Below, in pieces: positions 55,671 to 61,247 of a stretch of 64,000 bases of DNA; the stretch's first letter is position 1; each line of letters starts with the position of its first letter. The position numbers and the translations under genes are program-made. Under the pieces are notes generated by a model. That model was not told where the DNA came from. It searched no databases and saw nothing but the letters and a program-made list of their open reading frames with translations. Location: the IMG/VR virus record IMGVR_UViG_3300032284_002843, positions 72,280-136,279 of that record. One strand, written 5' to 3'. This DNA comes from a virus.

Positions 55671-57449
55671 GTGTTAACTATCAAAAACGTTACCTTACGG
55701 AATTTCCTTAGCTGTGGAAATGTTACACAAACTATTGAACTAAACAAAAATGGTCTCAGCTTGGTTCTAGGAGAAAACCTCGATCTAGGAGGTAACGGAT
55801 CTCGTAATGGTGTAGGCAAAAGTACAATATTACAAGCTATAAGTTTTGGCCTATACGGTGAAAGTCTTACCAATATCAAAAAAGATAATCTTATAAACAA
55901 AATTAATGGCAAAAATATGTATGTTTCAATTGATTTTGAGTCAAATGGGCATTCATATAGAATTGAACGCGGTCGAAAGCCAAATGTATTCAAATACATA
56001 GTTGATAACAAAAATCTAGCAGAAGCTGCTACCGACGAAGCACAAGGCGAAATAAAAGACTCTCAACAGGAAATCAATGAAATACTTGGTATGAGCCATG
56101 CTATGTTCAAACACATTGTAGCATTGAATACCTATACTGAACCATTTCTTAGTTTAGGAGCTGCAAAACAAAGAGAAATTATTGAAGAGTTGCTAGGCAT
56201 TACTATGCTTAGCCAAAAGGCTGAAAACTTAAAAGAAAAAATCAAAATCACAAAAACAAATATCGAGCAAGAAGAGTTTCGAATTAAAACTCTAAAACAG
56301 AGCAATGAAAAAATACGCAGCACGCTTGATGAAATCAAAAGAAAATCCAGTCAATGGGAAACTAAAAAACAACAAACAGTTGATGAACTTGAATCTGCTA
56401 TTAAAAATCTTGAGGTACTGGATATTGAAGTAGAGCTAGAATCACATCGTAACAATGAACTCTACAACGAACTGGTTAAAACCAAAGCACAGGTTGAAAG
56501 AGATTACACAACAAAAACACGTCATTTCAATCAACTTACTAGCCAATTAAACACTGTAATTTCATCATATGATCGTGCTAGTAATCACGCTTGTCCAACA
56601 TGTGGTCAAGATTTGCATGACGACCAACATACTGCAATTAAAAATGATTTAGAATCAAAACTTATCAGTTTAGATGAACAGGTAAAATTTGAACAAAATG
56701 AAATCAACACAGCAAAACAGGATTTAGAAAACGTAAACACAGCGCTGTTGTCGGTGAAAAAACAAAATACCGTTTACAAAAATCTTGAAGAAGCATTAAA
56801 TCATAGAAATACACTTGAAACACTGAAAAAAGAGCTAGACAAAGAGATTGCTAGCTCAAATCCATATCTTGATCAGACCAACAGTATCGGTGATACCATA
56901 CAAGAAGTCACATATGATTTACTCAATCAACTTGCACGAGATAAAGAACATCAAGAATTTCTTTTAAAACTTCTTACTAATAAAGATAGTTTCATTAGAA
57001 AAAAGATTATTGATCAAAATCTAGCATATCTAAACAGCAGGTTAAATGATTACTTAGATAAACTCGGACTTCCGCATCAAATTAAGTTCCTTAATGACCT
57101 CAGTGTGGAAATTACTCTGCTAGGCCAGGATTTAGATTTTGATAATTTGTCGCGCGGCGAACGAACTAGATTGATTCTTGGCCTAAGCTGGGCATTTAGA
57201 GATATATTTGAAAACACTAATCATCCTATTAATCTAATATTTGTTGATGAGTTGTTAGATAGTGGAATGGATCCACAAGGTCTAGAAGGATCTGTGGAAG
57301 TTCTTAAAAAGATGGAACGTGAGCGTCACAAGAATATATTTGTAATCAGTCACAGAGAAGAACTGATACAACGAGTTACTAATGTTCTGTCTGTTGTAAA
57401 AGAAAACGGATTCACAACATTTGACTGGAATCATACTGTAGTTGTTTGA
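55671..57449 (+). CDS. recombination ATPase subunit, gp46/SbcC/Rad50-like
   Basis: NGVGKST, coiled coil with CPTC zinc hook, LSRGE signature, FVDE, ISH. Confidence 0.93.
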   Translation: MLTIKNVTLRNFLSCGNVTQTIELNKNGLSLVLGENLDLGGNGSRNGVGKSTILQAISFGLYGESLTNIKKDNLINKINGKNMYVSIDFESNGHSYRIERGRKPNVFKYIVDNKNLAEAATDEAQGEIKDSQQEINEILGMSHAMFKHIVALNTYTEPFLSLGAAKQREIIEELLGITMLSQKAENLKEKIKITKTNIEQEEFRIKTLKQSNEKIRSTLDEIKRKSSQWETKKQQTVDELESAIKNLEVLDIEVELESHRNNELYNELVKTKAQVERDYTTKTRHFNQLTSQLNTVISSYDRASNHACPTCGQDLHDDQHTAIKNDLESKLISLDEQVKFEQNEINTAKQDLENVNTALLSVKKQNTVYKNLEEALNHRNTLETLKKELDKEIASSNPYLDQTNSIGDTIQEVTYDLLNQLARDKEHQEFLLKLLTNKDSFIRKKIIDQNLAYLNSRLNDYLDKLGLPHQIKFLNDLSVEITLLGQDLDFDNLSRGERTRLILGLSWAFRDIFENTNHPINLIFVDELLDSGMDPQGLEGSVEVLKKMERERHKNIFVISHREELIQRVTNVLSVVKENGFTTFDWNHTVVV

Positions 57450-57943
57450 ACCAATTCAAAGATAATATCTTTATTATCTTTGAATAAATCTTCAAAGTCA
57501 GTTACTACATAGCCTTGATAGTAACAGTGATTTTTTACCTTAAATCTATCTAGGTATTTTTTATCAAACACTGCAAAACTGCCTTTATGATTAATTCTAA
57601 AAACAACTACCCAAAAATCATCAGGATCCGCACTGGTAATAGCCTGTTGAATCCATTTATCTAATAATGGAATTGGATCTTGTTTAAGTAAATTATGAAA
57701 AGGAAAATCTCCGTAGAATTTGCTTTCAATAACCAATTTACGCATGTTACTAGGAGGAATCAAATCTGCTTTAAATGTTGCAATTTGTCCTTCGTCTAAC
57801 ATTGCCTTACGAAAACTATTAAGCCCTCCTAAGAATGCACCACTGTTCGGTACACGTAAAAATTTGGCACCATATAGATTTGTTAAAAATTCGGCAATTT
57901 TTCTTTCGCCAGAATTTCCTTTGCTTTTGCCTTTATTGCTCAT
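57431..57943 (-). CDS. Holliday junction resolvase-like PD-(D/E)xK nuclease
   Basis: KGNSGER, R.P.SGA, ADL, IESK, W..Q. Confidence 0.75.
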   Translation of the reverse strand: MSNKGKSKGNSGERKIAEFLTNLYGAKFLRVPNSGAFLGGLNSFRKAMLDEGQIATFKADLIPPSNMRKLVIESKFYGDFPFHNLLKQDPIPLLDKWIQQAITSADPDDFWVVVFRINHKGSFAVFDKKYLDRFKVKNHCYYQGYVVTDFEDLFKDNKDIIFELVQTTTV

Positions 57944-57991
57944 ATACTATCCTTAGCTTGTGCTATATTTAATACCGATCTACACATCGCA

Positions 57992-58021
57992 TTGACAGAT
58001 TTTTGCCAAGCCAGTTACACT
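57992..58021 (+). promoter_or_regulatory. sigma70-like promoter
   Basis: TTGACA-18-TACACT; GGAG SD and ATG 58043 follow. Confidence 0.55.
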
Positions 58022-58042
58022 TACAATATATGGAGTGAATAT

Positions 58043-58840
58043 ATGGAAAATTTTGATTTAGAACGACCTATTAAAAGGCGGCCACCTAGCCAACGACAGT
58101 TTGTAATTACACCAGATCCACGTTTGCAAAAAAATCTTCTTTATTTTATGCAACAAGAATTAGGTTACTATAACACACTGGTTACCAATTTCAATGCTAG
58201 AGTTAAAGCATTTCCACAGGACATACTAGCCATTAGAGATAGAGATATTAAGCTATTGGAAACCTGCGGACAATTTGCATATGATCCTGATAAGCTATTA
58301 TCAACCGATTATGACAAATGGCCCGAAGCATTTAAAAGCTACCAGTCTATAGTTTATCTTACCGAAGGTAAAACCAGAATATCGGAAAGAACGCTAGGCA
58401 TCATGAAAATAGCCACAGTTCCTGCACATATTCATCATCAAGTTCGTAGAAATATGATCAGCGAAGTGTTCGCTACTGTTAGCTCGCAGGCAAACATATT
58501 TCTAGCAGCCAAAAATACCGAGCAGCTACGTGCACCTGTGCAAATGATGCAGCCACAAACTTGGGAAACCAAGCATCATTTACAGGTACCCAAATCATTA
58601 ATTGAGATGAACTACAATGATGACACTAACTGGACTCTAATCAAAACTCCATATAACAAAGAATGGCTGACTGTGCTAGGGTACGATCTCACTGCTATTC
58701 CATATAACACTATGGTAATTAAGAGCCCAATACCAGGCGAAGATAAGCCAACATGGAGAATCGAGTTTAAAGATCAACCTAACAAATATTTGTTAAACTT
58801 AACAGATCCTCGTCCGTACAAAAAGAAAAGAAGAACATAA
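58043..58840 (+). CDS. TnpB/Cas12f REC-WED-lobe-like protein lacking RuvC (tentative)
   Basis: RQFVITPDPRLQKNLLYFMQQELGYYNTLV, IHHQVRRNMISEVF and TMVIK...WRIEF align by eye with the TnpB N-lobe pattern; the ORF ends before any RuvC-I motif. Confidence 0.55.
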   Translation: MENFDLERPIKRRPPSQRQFVITPDPRLQKNLLYFMQQELGYYNTLVTNFNARVKAFPQDILAIRDRDIKLLETCGQFAYDPDKLLSTDYDKWPEAFKSYQSIVYLTEGKTRISERTLGIMKIATVPAHIHHQVRRNMISEVFATVSSQANIFLAAKNTEQLRAPVQMMQPQTWETKHHLQVPKSLIEMNYNDDTNWTLIKTPYNKEWLTVLGYDLTAIPYNTMVIKSPIPGEDKPTWRIEFKDQPNKYLLNLTDPRPYKKKRRT

Positions 58841-58876
58841 AAAAATGCTGCAATAGCGTCCTATTGCAGCATTTTT
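58841..58876. terminator. strong, potentially bidirectional intrinsic terminator
   Basis: 16-bp perfect stem AAAAATGCTGCAATAG-CGTC-CTATTGCAGCATTTTT. Confidence 0.85.
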
Positions 58877-58950
58877 ATGGCTCATAATATGAACGTTGGC
58901 TCAGGACGTTCACATCATTATTATAGATAAACAGTTGATATAGGTCAAAT

Positions 58951-59238
58951 ATGCAGAAAAAATATTTTCCAAGTCCCAGCAAACAAAGTACAAAAAAACT
59001 GAATAGTTTTAACAAAAAAGTGAAAAAGCGTTGGGAAATAATTCAAAAAAATAATGGAAAAAGTTTAAGAAAAGAATTTGACCTAATAATGAAACTCAAC
59101 TACAGTATGTTAAATGCTCAAGAAATTGAGCAGATATGGCACACAATTGGCACACAAATAGCTCACAAACAATCTCATATAGGCTCCTTAAAAAATCTCA
59201 TTATAGACTCAATTAGGCTCACAAATAATTCCCACTAA
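58951..59238 (+). CDS. doubtful Lys-rich ORF
   Basis: 95-aa low-complexity ORF overlapping a GAAA hairpin and the repeat tract; weak SD. Confidence 0.3.
   Translation: MQKKYFPSPSKQSTKKLNSFNKKVKKRWEIIQKNNGKSLRKEFDLIMKLNYSMLNAQEIEQIWHTIGTQIAHKQSHIGSLKNLIIDSIRLTNNSH
59138..59221 (+). repeat. eight phased degenerate RRC(T/A)CA-like repeats, ~11-nt period
   Basis: ggcaca 59138, ggcaca 59149, agctca 59160, atctca 59172, ggctcc 59182, atctca 59195, gactca 59206, ggctca 59216. Confidence 0.6.
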
Positions 59239-59244
59239 AATACT

Positions 59245-59706
59245 GGCAATAAAATGGTAGTCGTGCTACCGCAGTGAAAGGTTAACGAACCGGTTAACAT
59301 ACTCACTCAAAAAGGGTCGTATCTAATAGCTCTTAAGCCCTGACCAGAAAGAGAGCAAAAAGGATTACAGCCGTAGTGTGACTACGCACCTGTAACTTAT
59401 TCAATTCTTTGCTTACATAGATTGAATAGGGCTTGGTAATACCATAACCGAGATGAAACGCAAGTTTCGAGTATAACATCCTCATGTTGGAATTAGGATC
59501 TCCGCCAACTGGCACAGCCATGGATGATGTAGCATGGATAGTTCTCATCAGAATGTCGACTATTTTTTACATACTCCCCCGCGAGGGGAGTATTATGGCT
59601 TCATTCTATCAGAATATCATTCAATTAAAGATGTTGTTTGTTGTAGTGAGCTAAAGCGAAACGTAAACAAACAACTGATGAGCGTTAAGCTCATCACTTA
59701 AACATC
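59245..59706 (+). ncRNA. putative large structured non-coding RNA
   Basis: more than 12 helices in ~460 nt, GCAA and GCGA tetraloops, long-range and pseudoknot pairings, no convincing ORF; boundaries approximate. Confidence 0.65.
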
Positions 59707-59732
59707 ACTTACCATCCACTAAATAAAATGTT

Positions 59733-60086
59733 ATGAAACTAAGTGATTTGCTTGAAAACAACGTAATTAAAACTAAGTTTGCTTTAAAACAAACACAAAA
59801 GAATTTAACTCCATATATGCATAATCCTGATATTGAAATTCCGCAATATGATCCGGATAAAAATAGTCTGTGGATATCAGGACTCAGCAAAAGCGAGCCT
59901 GAGAAATTTAAACGATTTGAAGTTGAGCCAGCTGGAAAATCATCTAGTCATATTATAGGTATAGCTGCTAATGGAAATAGAATACGTGTTAGCACTGCAA
60001 ATACTCAACTTGCTGATACTTTAGCAGATTTATATAATCGCGGTGGTTGGTCACAGCACAATTTAGAACGAGTGCAACTGAAATAA
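59733..60086 (+). CDS. late protein with MKLSDLLE N-terminus (possible head-internal protein)
   Basis: CTAAATA late box 7 nt upstream; N-terminal L-x-E motif. Confidence 0.65.
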   Translation: MKLSDLLENNVIKTKFALKQTQKNLTPYMHNPDIEIPQYDPDKNSLWISGLSKSEPEKFKRFEVEPAGKSSSHIIGIAANGNRIRVSTANTQLADTLADLYNRGGWSQHNLERVQLK

Positions 60087-60284
60087 TTAATCTGGTATCA
60101 TATTGCCGCCTTTTTTACTGCTCATAGCGGCATAGTGTTTTTCAATAGTTTTACTAAGTATTTTACGTTGATCAGCACTGAGTAAATGTGCATCGTCGAA
60201 GCTAATTCCTCCCTCCATATAAAAGACCAATGTGGATAATTCTACTGTGATAATTTCACGGTTTTTTTCCATTATGTCCAACAT
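60087..60284 (-). CDS. tail/baseplate assembly chaperone C-terminal part (probably the -1 frameshift extension of the upstream gene)
   Basis: its frame is open back to the slippery site TTTTTTC; no well-spaced SD; FYMEGGISFDDA..L...R motif. Confidence 0.7.
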   Translation of the reverse strand: MLDIMEKNREIITVELSTLVFYMEGGISFDDAHLLSADQRKILSKTIEKHYAAMSSKKGGNMIPD

Positions 60285-60310
60285 CTCAGTAATTTGAGAG
60301 GGGTCTCCTG

Positions 60311-61165
60311 TTAGGAGGATTTGCCGAAAAAACTTGATGGATCAAAGTTTAATGTTTCAGTCCAAGTATGTTCACATTTTGTGCATTGTGCTGGAAATTC
60401 TTTATTTGGACCAACAGAATTAAGCTTGTTAACAGTTTCTATTACAATATCAGCTTCTTTCTTACTGATATTAGTTAGCCATTCATTGATATGATTTTTA
60501 TCAGTTATAGTTTCATTTGTCTGTAGCAGTACAATTTTTTCTATACTTTTACTAACCAAGTCAAAGGTAATGTTGGAAATTCTATCAACGCTTTCGGCAA
60601 GTATTTTAGCTTTTTCCAACTCATCTATTTGTTTATTACTTTCGTCTATTGAACGCAATAACTTTTCTTCGGCAAATTCTCTCTTGATAAAAAGCTGACG
60701 CATTTCAAATGTATATGGTTTTACCCAGACTTCTAATTCTCCGTTAAATGTAATTTTACGATCGTTTTCATTTATAATGGTACTGGTTGCTAGCAGGCCG
60801 TTACAATTGACTTCATAGGTATTTTCATATTCGCATTTTGGACATTTTCTATCCAAATCAAACTTACCATTATTACTAGCAGCTTTCATACCTACGAAAA
60901 TGGTTTCCAAATCTGGAATTAACAACTTTTTAATATCTTTTACATCTGGTGCACAGTTTTTTATAACCTTTTCCAATGCTTGACCGTTTAACATAGCATC
61001 TGGAGTGTTTAAAAGAATGTCATCTATTGCACTTAATGGATAAATGGGAATTTCACCTTCATCGTTTAGATTTACGCTGCCATCAGTGTACCAAATTCCC
61101 AACGTTGGGAGTCTTACATATGCCCCAGCTTGTCTAAAATACTTCGATAATGGGTTATTATTCAT
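60311..61165 (-). CDS. baseplate hub/tail assembly chaperone, T4 gp26-like
   Basis: NPL..YFRQ...Y.RLP..G, D...L.TPDA.LNG, CPKC and CTKC, ends FDPSSFF. Confidence 0.8.
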   Translation of the reverse strand: MNNNPLSKYFRQAGAYVRLPTLGIWYTDGSVNLNDEGEIPIYPLSAIDDILLNTPDAMLNGQALEKVIKNCAPDVKDIKKLLIPDLETIFVGMKAASNNGKFDLDRKCPKCEYENTYEVNCNGLLATSTIINENDRKITFNGELEVWVKPYTFEMRQLFIKREFAEEKLLRSIDESNKQIDELEKAKILAESVDRISNITFDLVSKSIEKIVLLQTNETITDKNHINEWLTNISKKEADIVIETVNKLNSVGPNKEFPAQCTKCEHTWTETLNFDPSSFFGKSS

Positions 61166-61247
61166 GTAAAATTCCTTCAATAAATACAATGCGTGAAAAT
61201 ATTTATCTGAATTAAATAGGTACTTAAAAAATAAGTGATTTTGTTAG

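Noticed and set aside
58043-58876. Active IS200/IS605 or IS607 element
   Set aside because: No TnpA/serine recombinase, no RuvC domain and no recognisable element ends; the downstream hairpin looks like an ordinary terminator.
59138-59221. CRISPR or TIGR-type array
   Set aside because: Units are ~11 nt and degenerate, with no spacer-sized unique sequences; no cas or Nop-domain gene was recognised.
59333-59548. 71-aa minus-strand ORF in the structured region
   Set aside because: No SD or recognisable motif; the region is better explained by + strand RNA structure.
59644-59696. Hammerhead-like words CTGATGAG and GCGAAAC
   Set aside because: The order and pairing do not fit. CTGATGA is locked in its own perfect hairpin and no GAAA follows stem II, so no hammerhead core can be built.
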